NCBI GenBank assembly: GCA_025201805.1
Contig: MU619237.1
Location: 205,276-269,275 of the forward strand
DNA from: Parasitella parasitica NRRL 2501
Taxonomy: Eukaryota > Fungi > Mucoromycota
Length of the DNA: 64,000 nucleotides
Direction of reading: 5' to 3'
Shown in pieces: positions 50,861-64,000 of this stretch; the first letter of the stretch is position 1, and each line of letters starts with the position of its first letter. Position numbers and translations under genes: made by a program. The notes beneath the pieces are model-generated. The model was not told the DNA's origin. It saw nothing but the letters and a program-made list of their open reading frames with translations, and did not search any database.

Positions 50861-51262
50861 CAGCAATCACATCTGTTACCAAAAAAAAAAAAAACAACTA
50901 ATAATAAGCTTCCTTTCTATGTGTACCCTATAACCAGCGTATTGATGAATAAAATATCTTTGTAATGCTTGATCTATTCACAAAAGCGCTTGCTCTCCTA
51001 GTTTTGGTGGTGGACGCTATACACTGCACTTTTCCCGATCAAAGGTTCGTAAGTGGCGGTTTGAATAACGTGGCAGTTTCACACCACCTTGTGCTCTCGG
51101 GATGCAGTAATCGGGTAGTCTGTTATTGCTAATTGCATGCAGCGTTTGATAAACTATGTGCCGAGCTGCTTATGCGTTTATTCTAATTTGACGACCAGTT
51201 TCTTTTTTTTTTGTTTTTTTTTGTTTTGTTTACCCTTCTTTCAGCAATCAATCACAAGCATC

Positions 51263-54123
51263 ATGGCACAAAAGAAAGCTACAGTCTTTATACTGAATGT
51301 CACCAACTCCATGTCCAAAGAATTTTCAACTTCATTGAGTGTCATGACTGAATTCATTGAAGACAAGGTAAAGCTCGAATCGTGGCCTGAAAACACGAAC
51401 ATAATACGATTCGCATATTAGGTCATGGCTGGCAGGAAAACAGACATGGTGGCAGTTCTTCTCGCTGGAACGCCGGGTAAGTAGCACACTGGAAGAGGAT
51501 AGCCAGCGTGCCAATATGCGTTCAATTATAGAGTCTCACAACATTCTGAACGATACCACGCCTGAGCAGTATCAGGGAGTGACAAGTATGGGGCCCATCA
51601 GCCAGCCCAACGTCGATTTGCTAAAGAGAATCCAAAACCTCAGTACATCGAGTGAAGATACCAGCCCTGCTGATGGTAGGATACACATCATATGTTCAGT
51701 TGGCAGAGCCTGTTTAGACTAACCCTCCCCGCCCCCCCCCCGTTCTTTGTGTAGTTTTTGATTCTGTCATTGTTGCTTCCCAGATGATCCGCGAACACTG
51801 TCGAAACTTGAAATATGAAAAGCGTATCATCCTTATTACCAACAACCACAACAAGATTGACTGGCTCGACTTGGACGATGTTGCTGGCATGCTCAAAGAT
51901 TTAAATGCTCAACTCACAATCATGTAAGTCAATGCATTGACCCAACTCGATTTACCAAATGTGCTTAAAACATGCTTTACAGCGGCACAGATTACAGCCG
52001 TTTATCGGATCCTGATTGTCCAGAGGATATTGCATTGAATTACAAAAACTGGCAGATTTTTATCGACAAGGCAGACACAGCAGGCGAAATTCTATCACTG
52101 CAGACAGCCTACGAAATCACACAAGAGGACTCTGCAAAGGAAGTCCGTCCTACACCATCATTTCGAGGCTATTTGTATATCGGCGATCCTCACGAGAACA
52201 ATCATGTCGTTGGCATCAGCATACACATGTTTATTCGCACGAAAACCGTACCTTTACCCAGAGGCCACAAGTATTCCGCCCACAGTGAGGGCCCAACGCA
52301 CAAAGTAGAGCCTGACGCACTGTACAAATTCGACACCACCGCCAATGCAGAAACTTCTCTCACAGCCGACGAGATAGATGAAACGGTAGTCGAGGACAAA
52401 ACCCGCTTGGAACAGGCTTTTAGATTCGGCAAAACTGCCATTCTGATCTCCCGTGACGAAGTGGTCTCCAACAACTTTTCATCCAGAAAGGAAATGACGG
52501 TGATCGGATTCATTGATAAGAACCAAGTAAGGCGCTTGCTGTTGATGCGTTGCTTTGGCTACTCACCCGATTTTCCCTGTAGTTTAAGCGCCATTATATA
52601 TACTCGAATGCTTATATCCTGACTGCTGGAAGCTACAACGTAGCTCAAAGTTCATTAGCACTGTCTGCATTCGCCAAAGCTCTCTACGATGAGCAGAGCT
52701 ACGCGGTGGTTCGATACGTCCAGAAAGACGACGGCCAGCCCAGAATTGGCCTTCTCCTGCCCGAAGACAGAGAGGGAGAGGAGGATGTCGAGTACCTTTT
52801 ACAATATTATGATGTAAGTCTTTTTTTTTTTTTTTGTCATTAGTAAATGTGTCCTTGCACATATCAATCTGTTCATTCGTACAGCTTCCATTTGCAGAGG
52901 ATATTCGCGACTACAAGTTTAAATCTGTTGCTGATCCCAAGGCTTCTGACCCAAAGAGCATCAATTTGATGGATAGCCTCATCGATTCTATGGAACTGGA
53001 CAACACCAAGTAACGAATGCTACCAACCGATGGATAGGATAACCTGACTGACATTTTCTTTTCTTTTTTTTATAATAACAATAGAAAGGGCAGAGATTAC
53101 TTGGCCCCAGAATATTTATACAACCCCATCTTGTGGAGATTCAACAAAGCCATAAAGAACCGTGCACTGAATCCTGACGCACCTATACCTGATATAAAAG
53201 AGTCTGCCAGATGCCAGTTTGAAATCTACCCCGACTTCAAAGACAAGGCAAGCGAATACTGCGATCTTTTGGCGTCCACCTTGGAAGTCTGCAAAGTGAT
53301 TGATAAGGGTAAAGGAAAGAGAAGAATGAAAGGCATGGGCGATACCGCCGACCCTGCCAATGCAGCCGACATTAGCGAACTTCTTGGAAACTCCAAGTCA
53401 TCGCAGGAAGGACCAATCTACGCACCTCTGACACCAAGCGAGAAAGCATTCAGGGCAGCCGCAGACGACAACCATGAAGTCGAAACTGTTGGCATGATTA
53501 CACCAGTCGAGGATTTCCTGGCAATTCTCAGAAAGAAATCCGAAGTGGACCAGGTGGAAATAGCTATTCGAGGGATGGTGGCTGCCATTCACAAGTTTCT
53601 TGCCATGTCTTTTGGTAACCAAAATTACCCCATTGTCATTAGCTGCTTGAAAGCATTTAGAGAAAATGCTGCAAAGGAAGATGCTGCAGCCAGCTACAAC
53701 AAGCATGTGCGCGAAATCAAGCAATGGTGCAACATGCCTAACAAGTCATCCACTCGTCAAGAATTATGGAAGTCGCTGAAGACGGAGAATCTTGGACTGA
53801 TTACAAACGAGGAATGTGATGATACTGATAATTTGGATACGACAAGAGAGGTCGCTGAAAAGGTTATAAAAATTGCAAGTTGTTGTACCACAGATTTGAT
53901 TTTAACGTTGATTTGACAAATAGTTCTGGAATGTCGGTGAAGATGATCAGGACGCTGATGACATGATGGACTTGACTGAGGATGGCAATGACAATAAAGA
54001 TGAAAATGTGGCATTTGATGCAGACGAATTGGTAAGTCGTTCTTACCGCTTGCTGACATATATACAACATGATACTTAGTAGATGCATGAATTTTTTTTT
54101 TTTATTAGGATGACCTGTTGTAA
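51263..54123 (+). CDS. KU80: Ku80 (non-homologous end-joining DNA end-binding subunit)
   Basis: vWA N-terminus (ATVFILNV..GRKTD.V), KRIILITN, AFRFGKT, QLPFAEDIRDYKF, NPILWRFNKAIKNRALNPDAPIP, C-terminal PVEDF helical domain and acidic tail. Confidence 0.9.
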
Positions 54124-54261
54124 ATGTGTGTTTTATATTATCTGAATAAATTTGGTTGTATGTTCAAAAACGACAAACATTTATTTGAAATGCTATGGAT
54201 TGCAAAAAGAAAAAAATAATAATAAAAAAAAAAATATAAAGTATTTACAATGCTAATACAG

Positions 54262-56785
54262 TTAATGGCCAGATCTAAATTTAGCGCGCTCAGCAACAAT
54301 ACCGGCGCCAGGGAATGAGGCGATATGACTGTTATCAGCGGGAGGTTTGGACATTAAATGCTGCTGAATCGATGAAGAGTCAACGAGGCCAGCAGCACCG
54401 ACATAATCCTGCTTACGGGGACCTTCTTGGCGCTCAGCCGAGTCATCTCTGGGCGCATAGCGACGAAGAGCCTCCAATTCCTCGCTCAAAGTTTCGTAGC
54501 GGAATCCAATACGAATGTCAGGCACGTTTGTCTTTTGCATATCATTTCCCTGTACGCCAGGCTTGTGCCAATCTTTGCCAATCCAATGAGACTTGATCTG
54601 ATCCTCCCAGCCAGATTGAACGACAGAGTTACGAGCTAATTCACACATGTCTGTGGAAGACAGCTTCCAAATTTGAGCAGCGACGCTGTATTCCTCAATC
54701 AATGGCTCCTTGGTAAAATGGAATTGCAATGGATCATCGGTAGACAACGAAATATTGAGACCACGCTGGAAGAACTGAGGGAGAGGGTTGCGCTCATACG
54801 TTAAAAAGAGGGCGTTGTTTGAGAGGGGAGACATCGCAATACCGATCTGCGCAAGGTAATAGAGGTATTGAAGGGCAGGGACCTTACGCAATAAGATGCC
54901 GTGACTGATTCCATACGAGGTTAAGAAGGCAGCTGTTAAATGATCAGTATCGCCAGCTTCACCGCAATGGGGTCTTAATACCAATGTCGTAAATCCACGT
55001 GCTTGTCTCCATTTGTTTAATGCAGCCGTGTTTGCGTACATGTAATACAAGTAATAACTGTAAGGGGGATTGATATTCGACGTCCAATCCTTTGGAAGAG
55101 GAAAGTCTTTAAAGATGGGCTTTTCAGGCTTAGACTCATCGTCGACTGTATCAAAGCCAATAACACGTTGCAAGAAAACGTGAAGCTCTGGATGGGAGCT
55201 AGGATCCTTTGTTACTTCAAAAAGAGGCTCAAATACATTGGTAATAATATCTTGAAAACTGCGGACCGCATTTGACGCTCTGTAGATGTTGTAGAGGCGA
55301 GGAATCTGGATCAGCCAGCGAACGTTTGAAGAGAATAACTTGTTGTTGACCACCCATTTGGCCAACTTGTCCCATTCATCAATTGATCTGCCGTAAATAG
55401 AGACACGGTATTCCACCATTTGGTATTTTGATGACTCCAGATCAGACACGACTTCCTTGGTAATTTCGGCAAGATATCTGCCCTGAATGTAATTATCTGT
55501 CTTCATGAAGATCTCTCTCAATCTACTCTCGCCAATTGGGTTGTATTTCAGGTTGAACTTGTCGAATCGGTGGAAGGAGTCCTTGTGGGCATGCATGTCC
55601 AAGGTGTCGATGCTAAGATCATACGCAGTTAACCCTAGACTTTCGAATACACCACGCAGAGTTAAATGGTGGTTATCACGGTAGATAACCACATCATCAG
55701 GGCTCTTCTTCATTTTGGATTTGATGAAACGCAGCAAGTGCTTTTGGTTCATGCTGCTTGAATGGTGTACATGCGTATCCACCTTTCTCACGTTGTAGAA
55801 ATCACGATGTGGGGTGCGTTTGGAATCAGCCAGTTCTTGGAATTCATTCAAAAGGATATACATTTGCCATTTGCTATCCAAATAACGAAGTCTGCGGAAG
55901 GCGAAGCTCTTTGCGGGCCCGTCGCTAATGACGCTCAAGATGAAATCCATATCGTCATAAAATTCTCTAGGCGAAGGGACTTGGTGGATAGGGTGCTCGG
56001 CAGTCTGGTCTAATTCGTTCTTGTAGACCTGATAGAACCCATGAGGGCCCAGCCCAAAGCTGTAAACATGACGACCAGGGATTTTGCATTGGCTGAAGTC
56101 AAAGTCGGAACCGACTGCAGCAACAGGGTCCGCCTCACGAGCCTTTTCTTTGGCTTTGCGACGTTCCAATTCTTCAGGAGAGGGTAAGGGCCAAGATTTT
56201 GGTGGTGGAGCGGGGTAAATTTCCCAGTCATCGTGGTTACGAGGATCATCCATCAAACTTTGACTAGAGAGGGTGATATACTTTTCACGTAAATCGAGGC
56301 ATTTCTGAAGGTTACCGTACAATCCGCGCAGTTCTGCAGTAATAGCATCATCTAGGCAAATTGAGCTTGGTCATTAGTTGCCATGACAACCAAACATAAT
56401 TGTTTCATCTTACCTTTAGCATCAATTTTACTGTTTGGATCCGCTGCGCGTGTAACAGGTTCCTTTACAGCGCTGGATTTCTCAGGTACATCTGGTACCG
56501 TGGGAAGGCCTTCATCGTCTCTTAAATGCAAATCAGAGAGATGGTGTGCTGCGGGTGAAACGGAAAGGCTTTGACAAAGGTATTTACTATCATGCTTTTC
56601 ATTTGTGCAATTGTGAGCGATCAATGCTTTTGGGGAAATTTTGAACTCACATTTTCGATAGCTTTCAAATGGTGGTAATCAAAATAAGGGGAATCATCAA
56701 AATTATTGATACCTTCGTCGTTTGGTGGTATATCATATTCATCATCATCATTTTCTTGTCTTGTGGTATAGATATTATTAGGCAT
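54262..56785 (-). CDS. AMD1: AMP deaminase
   Basis: PHRDFYNVRKVDTHVHHSS, FHRFDKFNLKYNP, LRPHCGEAG, SLSTDDPLQFH; two 5' introns; ATG at 56785. Confidence 0.97.
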
Positions 56786-56793
56786 CTCAATTA

Positions 56794-56841
<48 letters not shown>

Positions 56842-56952
56842 AATTGATAAGACAAGAAGGCAGCAAAGTCGATCCAAAAATGCAAACAATTTATAGCCAT
56901 GGAAAAAAAAAATAGTACTGGTTTTCCCCTAGCGTGGCTAACGGAAACAAAT

Positions 56953-58508
56953 CTAGTTGCCATCAACACCCTAAATATAGGACAAATCAGTTAGATCACT
57001 TAAAGAAAAAATAAACAAACGAATATTATAGCGTATAGACCTTGTGATTGAATCCAAACCACCATACTAAAATACCAATCATCACACAAATACCAATTGC
57101 GAGGAGAAAGCAACACCATTTCTTGGCTCTTGTTGCTTTTGCAATCTTAATGGCTTTTTTCACTAAATGTGTACCTTCCTCCAACTGAACCGCTGCGGTA
57201 TCTGCATTCTGCTCTACTGTATTAACGGTTTCCTGCTGATGTTCCACCAACAATGACATGTCCATAAACAGCTGGTGAAGTTCGACAATGGTTTTTTCAA
57301 TATTCTTTATGTCATCATGTCTATTTTGCACTTCTGATTGCACCGCTTTAGCATGACCACGACGAGTAGCTTGCATGAGTGATTGTGTGAATATTTGAGC
57401 ATCATCATCTGCATTATCAAGAATGTCATCAACTTCATCTTGCGTTGCATTAGGTTTCACTAGGAATGAAATAGGAGTTTTAGCATAATTTATAGCAATA
57501 CGCCTGTTGGTGTAAATTCATTACCGATTCTGATTTGTCTCTCTACGCGTTGGCGGTATTTCTGTTGGTAAGCTCTTTCGATATCTTGATATCTTTGAAT
57601 TGTGTCCATAAATCTCTTTTTCAAGGCAGCAAACTATAGATTCTCTGGTCAGTTACTCGTTCATTTCCAATCAGACGTTCATCCGTAGCATATACCTGTG
57701 TGTCCCGGATTTGTCCATTGGAAGTTGGACTCTGCTTATTATTGGCATGTTCCAATTCTGTCAATCTTGCTTTGATATTCAAATTTCTACTCTGAGTATC
57801 CTTTTTCATGTTTTCTAATTGACTGGCAAGCTGAGCCCATTGCCGTTCATTGGAGCTTATTAATGCTGCTGTATGCAGCCCCTCGATAGCATCGATATTT
57901 TCATTTAGCATGCTGATACTGTCTTTTATTGATTCCACCTTGGAACAAGATTAAAAATCCTGTCTAATGTGAAAAAATGATGTTACCTTTTCAAAAAACC
58001 CATCCAATGTATTAACATCAGCAAACTCGTTTTTATTGTGCCTTTCATTCATCTCAATCACTTCTCCAGGCTGGATTTGAGGCGGTTTATCACTGTATCT
58101 ATCCTGGTCATCAAGAGCATCATTTGTAGCCGTGTTTGAGGCAACTGAAGACGTCGATGGCAGTGGTGAGTTATTGAGGTTGTAGACGGCATCGATATGA
58201 TAAGCATTATACGAGTTATTGGTGGCAAAATCTGTGCCTGGAGAGTATCTCGAATTAAGTCGAGGTCTTGATGCAATTGAATTTGTCCCATGTGGTGTCA
58301 AATGAGCTGAAGCAGTATTTCTGTTGAATGAATGACTCTCCCGTTCATTGATGTGTGATATGGGCTCAGTATCTCCTGCAGAAAATTGCTATAGTATTTT
58401 TCAATTTTAGTCCATATATGCGGTATCACGGTCCGCATTGGGTATATAATGGTGGAAATAACATACCCTTAATTCCGCTGTTCTGTCGCGAGCGAAGGAA
58501 TAAGACAT
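56953..58508 (-). CDS. Plasma-membrane syntaxin (Sso1/2-like Qa-SNARE)
   Basis: RDRTAEL N-peptide, Habc domain, SNARE motif EVQNRHDDIKNIEKTIVELHQLFMDM..LVEHQ, C-terminal transmembrane segment after KKWCC. Confidence 0.92.
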
Positions 58509-59421
58509 TGTTTGAGCAAGTCTGGCTCAACTAGTAATCTTCGCAAATGGGCGTGCTTGGTATACACCGTATAACAGGAAAGAAGAGCTTTTGATAGAGC
58601 TGTCAAAAATTACCAATTCATTTTAAAGTAAACTGTCAAATAACTCAGTGGAACCATTCTATGTTCTACCATGAGCCACGATGCCAACCGTATCCTTCAG
58701 TGACATCTTTGTAACCGGCAATAAGGCCCAGGTAGTCTACATGATATCGGTCAAGACTATCCATTAAAAAACTTGAAAAATTGATTACATTTATTGAGCT
58801 TGTTGTAATGGTTTATAGCATTCAAATATGAGTAATTTCATTGCTAGGTGGACGTCAATGCACAAATCAAGATAGTAAAAAACAATACGATAAATAATTT
58901 GTGGTATTTCTTTGCTGGTTGTTTTCGAACACAAATAAGTAATAGAATTGACACACCTTCGCCGGCAATACTATCAATCGGCCCCAAATGTGTACAAAGA
59001 GAGTCTCTCTATGCGATAATGCATTAATGTCATAAGGATATTGTGACAAATTAAGGGCAATTTAACAATAAAAATTAACTTTTTGCCTATTATTTTGGGT
59101 GCGGGTTTCGACTTTTCTACAAAAATTGGTATGGAACGATAATGCTGATTTAGACAAATTTAGCAAAATTTAATTAGTAGTACATGGAACTGATAAAGGT
59201 GAGGTATGAAGGACAGAGACAAGCAAAGTTCATTGTTTGAGTTATCATTTGCCGCAAGATATAACCCTCATTTGACTCCAATTTACAGTGAAAATTATTT
59301 ATTGATACAGGTACATGGTCAAAAAAAAAAAAAAAAGAAAAAAAGAAGGCAAGGGCATATTTAGCAATGGTAAACGAAACAACATATATAAAGGGTATAT
59401 TTTTAAAAGTGCATTTGATAA

Positions 59422-60764
59422 TCAATGTCCTTGGTCATAAAGATGTGTTGCCATCTCTGCATAAAATTCTAGTCGATCAAATTCTTGGCCACTTTCAGAT
59501 TTTGAAGCTCTGAAGCGATAAGGAATATGGCTATAAATGATAAAAAGTCAGTCATGATGATCAAATTCGAAATACAATTGACACAAATGTACCTTTTCCC
59601 ACTCAGGTCCCAATGGTCAGCTTGAATTGTTTTAACATAAGTTCCCCATTTAGCACTCTCGACACTGACAATGCCATCGTTGTCGCCCTCTTTCTCTTGC
59701 ACCATTTGGCCAGGGATACCCAAAAGAGAGGACCATGCAGGAAACTTGGCTGCAGCACCATAAGAGTAGTATTTGACCGTAGGATCGTCGGGAGTATTAG
59801 GGTTAAAGTAGTCGTTACAAAAGTCAGTCGTAAGGTGAGCATATGCTGGCTCGTCAAACCAGTCTACCAAGAGTTTATCCAGTTTTAGACTTGGCAGTTT
59901 CGAGCTCCATTTCAAGGCAGATGATGCGGAAAGGCCATCACCACCGGCCTGACGCAGAGTGTTGTTTTTAGTCGAGATTGTAGTTGTCGCGGGTGACCAT
60001 TGCCCATCGCCTGTGTGCACAGGCACCTGGGATTGACCTACTCCAAATTGATCTCGAAACCAGTCCATGACAGGAGAACCACGATGTGGAGTGCAAATAG
60101 TGGTCAGTGATTGAACTTGATAGGGCCGATTGTGAATGTTTGTTAGCAAATGACGACAGTCGAGACCCCCCATCGAGTGTGCAACAAAGTTGACGTTTTT
60201 ACCGACAAGTATAGATTTCAGAATTGTGTGCAATGCATGAGACCGCTCCCAAATACTGCCTGCCTGAGGGACTTTGGTCACAATAATCTTAGCCCCCAAT
60301 TTAGCTAGAGTGTCCTCAACGCCACTCCAGTAGTGGAACTGCAATGCAGGAAAGTTTTGAGGCCCTCGAATATCAAAACCAAACAAGCCGTGGCACAGAA
60401 CAATGGGCTCCCTTGGTGCTTTGTAGCGAGGTGTAATGGGTCCTGAATGCGATTGCTGCTTGATCTTTTCGATCTGTTGCTGCTTCTGTTCGATGATGTC
60501 CTTGGGGCCTGAAAAGAACAGATCAGTCGTTAATTTTGGGTTTCTTGCAGGGTATAAAATGTGCAATCTATTGTCTTGCTTGGTGGAGCTGACAGTGGCT
60601 AATGTCACTGCAGGTCTTTTGGTGGATCTACTTTCATTTTGAGGAGAGAAGGTCAGTTTTCGATGCGCTTGTAGTAATAGAGTGGCAAAGGCACTTGCTG
60701 AAGAGTCAAGTTTTAAAGAGCGCTGCAAGTAGTTGTATAGTGTATAAAGCGTAACGATGGCCAT
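59422..60764 (-). CDS. Triacylglycerol lipase, Tgl2-like (alpha/beta hydrolase)
   Basis: PIVLCHGLFGF, AHSMGGLD nucleophile elbow, TPHRGS, NDGIVSV.SAKWG, DHWD; one 3' intron. Confidence 0.92.
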
Positions 60765-61544
60765 GTGTATTATAGAGGGAAAGTAGTAGTTAAAAGTAGA
60801 AAGAAAAAGACTGATTTCATAATCTGATCGTTTTCTCGGCATTTTAAACCAAATGAATTAATGCCCCACTCAAGCAAGCAAGTTTTTGGGGTTATGGGAT
60901 GCGCATGTAGTTATCCTGCCGCTGGGTTTGACATTTGACAGCAAACTCGGTGCCTTTGCAACTACGTTTATTATAGGTGCGGTCGTATGCTTGGTCAGTT
61001 GCATAGCAACATGTTCCAATCGTATATATACATAAATATGTGATTTGCTTGCACACTTGGTAAGCCTCCCCTTTTTAATTTTTTTTTTGTACAAACAAAA
61101 TTGGTTGGTATACGTAGTCTGCATGTTTATCGTTCATGAATGCGAATCATGTGGCCATAATCACAGGTCGTTTGCCGGCTATTTAGGTTGAGCCCACTCG
61201 AGTTTTTTTTTTTTTCCCACATCTCTGTAAAATAAATTCATCGCTGTTGATTGGACTCATTGTCAATTTCTAAACGTGGACAAATAAAATCAAGGCAGTC
61301 GATTCATTGTATTTCACCAAGGTAAAAACGATATTAATTATCAACTACTTATGCGACCAACGTGCAGTTTATTATCATTTCCAAATCGAGAACTGACTTT
61401 TTGTACATTTGACATCATCTCATGCAATAAGATTGCATTGCAGTGTAGAAACTTGATCAGGACACCGTGGCGATTGGTTGCTAAGACTGGTGAGCCAGAT
61501 ACTCATTTTGCTCAGCGCATGGGCTTTTAACCGAGAACAATAAA

Positions 61545-63223
61545 CTATTGAATAAACATCAAATGAGCACTCATGTCTTCAAGCTCTTCGATATCCTCTG
61601 GTGCTGTTTTGTCTAAGCCAAGGATTCTATATGTGATAATTGTAGATTTGATATGCAGTATTGCCGCCTTCCTTCTCTTTCCAGTCGTCAGACAACTAGA
61701 CACGCATTAGTTATACATTTACCACGGAAAGTTGTATTCAGCTTACAGATTCAGTAATATGGTTGCCAGCTTCATCATCTCTTCTGCCGCTTCAACGCTA
61801 ACCTTGCCATATATTTTCTGTGCGACAGTCAGGGACATGATTGCATAGTTGGATGCAAATTCCCACTGTCCAGAGTTGCAGGCGTACATTGCTACTCGAT
61901 CTGCAGTTTTCCCGACTGCCAGGACATCGTCATGGTAGATATCTGTTTGTAGCTTAAACACTTGGACAAAATCCTCCCTCTGCTTGAGAGCTTCCACTTG
62001 ATTTTCTGTCTATAAAATAACACTATTATCAACGTTGAAGTCTGGCAACACCTATATAAATACGCACTTTGATGAAATGCGGCCAATTTGGTTCTTGTCC
62101 ACACTCGCTGCACTTTGTTTGCTGTCTATACAAACGTCCTTTTTTGCAAATTTGGCATTTATAGATACTCTCAGGTGTTCTTTTGCCGCTATGAAAATCG
62201 AGGCGGTCAGTATTTTGTAGACTCATGGTGTAATTTCTACCGTACGATGTCTCCTTGCATGCACTACACTTGCAGTCAAACTGATAGCCCTCTTTCAGCT
62301 TCTTCAGGCGATCGTCTCGAGCATGCACAGATGCCAAAGGACCATAGCTGATTGTGATTTCGCTTCCCTTCTCCACAGGCCCCTTTACACATTGAACCTT
62401 CAACTGAGATGGATTAGCGCCTCCATCGCCAAATGAAACAATAGCGTTCGGGTTGCAGTCATGGTTCAGTTTGCTTGCAGACAGGTAGACAGCCCTTCCT
62501 AATGTCAAGAACTCTCTCGAGACAACAAAAGACGCATCCACTGGCACCGATTCTGCTGTTTTGACTGCAAACGCATTACTCTTGATTTGGAAAACGATGG
62601 TAAGAATACAGTCAATGACATGATCTTTCAAGTAAAAGATGGCAGCGACCTTTCCCAGTTTCTCGCGATAGCTGTTGACGAGACTAGCATCAAAAAGCTC
62701 TTTGTTGGAGACAAGATTGGGTATAGTTTCTAATCCAAAAACAAATCAATCTCCAACAGTGTCCTAGCGTATTTATGTTCATACCCTGGTTTTGTGATCT
62801 GCTTGCAAAATAACCTTCCACTGCAAAGATAATATCGGCGTCTTCCTTGGCGAGTTCCGGAAATCGGCAGAGCCACTGATGGCTCCTTGTCCATGCATGG
62901 CGCTCACAATCGTCAGAGCAGTATCTCATGTTCCACTTGCAATCCTTGTCGCGACATTTCTTACGGGTTGTGCCTTGCAAACTTTGGAAGCAATGATGAC
63001 AACGACTATCCTTGTATTTGGCATCGATTTGTCGAATAAACGGCTCTTCCACCAGCAGCTGTTCCCCCTGGTTTATCTTCTCCTTGGCAACACAATACGT
63101 CCCCTTGGTATCTTGCTTCTGTTCCATGACTTTTTTCCATATTCCTTTCCCAGTTTCTATGTCCCAGGCAGATAAACTAATATGTGCAGGCGTCAGTCTT
63201 TGATGGCTGTCTGCTTGCTGCAT
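61545..63223 (-). CDS. SET and MYND domain lysine methyltransferase (SMYD-like)
   Basis: Split SET domain with MYND finger (CHHC..C..C..YCSDDC..H..LC), KSNAF, KLNHDCNPN, EITISYG, post-SET FDCKCSAC, TPR-like tail. Confidence 0.9.
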
Positions 63224-63389
63224 TGTGTCTAGTGAAAAGCGACGCTATTTTATTTCTAGCCTTCCGACGGCAAAGTTTGAGGTATGCGTAAGCCAATGGA
63301 ATCCTTTATAAACGCATTTTGATGCATCTTTTTTTTTGTTTTTTTTGTTTCTTTTTTGTACTTTATTTTATTTCATCTTAGTGCTATCA

Positions 63390-64000
63390 ATGCTATTGAA
63401 TCTACCAGCAGAACTACTGATCCGCATCATACAGGACATTGAACGAGTAGGTGATAAATGCCAATTGCTGCAAACCTGTCAGCTCCTGAATTACTTGCTC
63501 TCGACGCACACTGGATGCTGGAAGCAGCTGGATCTCTCTCCGTACAATAGCACTATAACCAACAACAGCCTCTTGACTTTCCTCAGAAACACCAACATCC
63601 CCCTCTGCACCGCGCATAAAAGCTCTGATTCTACCACAACGGCAATCACAGCGTTGGATCTAAGCGGTTGCTGGAATCTCTCAGAGGAGCTGGTTGTAGC
63701 ACTCTCAAGGTCGCTAACACATCTCACTGACCTTTCTCTCAATGGTTATCGGCTAAATGCACCTATTTTGCAGCGCATCATCAAACAGAACAAAACTCGT
63801 CAAAGCGCATTTCCTGCAATCGCATTTGAACAGCAACGTGACCATGTGTACCAAGTGCGTCCATCGCACGATTTGTCCTCGATGGCTATGGATCTATCCA
63901 AAAAGCAAGCACATCGATTCAAAGTGCCGCTAATTCTCTTGTCCAGCATGGTCTCCTGTCTGCCTCACTTGACCACACTATCTGTCCAGTATCAAGACCT
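63390..64000 (+). CDS. F-box/leucine-rich-repeat protein (3' end outside the window)
   Basis: MLLNLPAELLIRII F-box, WKQLDLS, ITALDLSGCWNLS, LTDLSLNG; frame stays open to the window end. Confidence 0.8.
   Translation, partial: MLLNLPAELLIRIIQDIERVGDKCQLLQTCQLLNYLLSTHTGCWKQLDLSPYNSTITNNSLLTFLRNTNIPLCTAHKSSDSTTTAITALDLSGCWNLSEELVVALSRSLTHLTDLSLNGYRLNAPILQRIIKQNKTRQSAFPAIAFEQQRDHVYQVRPSHDLSSMAMDLSKKQAHRFKVPLILLSSMVSCLPHLTTLSVQYQD

Overview
Intron-rich fungal nuclear DNA, almost certainly Mucorales (short GT-AG introns, F2-class CSL factor, lineage-typical repeat families); four assembly gaps. I assembled spliced gene models by hand. The core genes are NOL10/ENP2, a divergent peroxiredoxin-like protein, a small secreted protein, KICS2/C12orf66, CSL, a C2H2+PHD protein, SWR1, a Max-like bHLH, RPL42, an RluA-family pseudouridine synthase, an RBMS/Spo5-like RRM protein, an acyl-CoA carboxyltransferase, Ku80, AMP deaminase, a syntaxin, a TGL2-like lipase, a SMYD methyltransferase and an F-box/LRR protein. 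Two accessory islands stand out. Island 1 (1-6430) holds a spliced PD-(D/E)xK nuclease gene whose 5' end is repeated directly about 5.2 kb downstream, a Tc1 element with perfect 31-bp TIRs and a TA TSD, and a second Tc1/IS630 end with 22-bp-phased subterminal repeats. Island 2 (34400-39545) is a foldback-like structure: a 560-aa C2H2 gene of unknown function, preceded by a 9/12-bp minisatellite, faces a 717-bp inverted copy of its own 5' end that encodes a 200-aa fingers-only protein, with a LINE remnant in between. Other notable signals are a PTS2 peroxisomal signal on the carboxyltransferase, a peroxiredoxin lacking its catalytic motif but carrying an NLS-like motif, a KICSTOR subunit in a fungus, and GC-AG introns. 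No tRNA, rRNA or CRISPR was seen. Family assignments come from motif recognition, not database searches.
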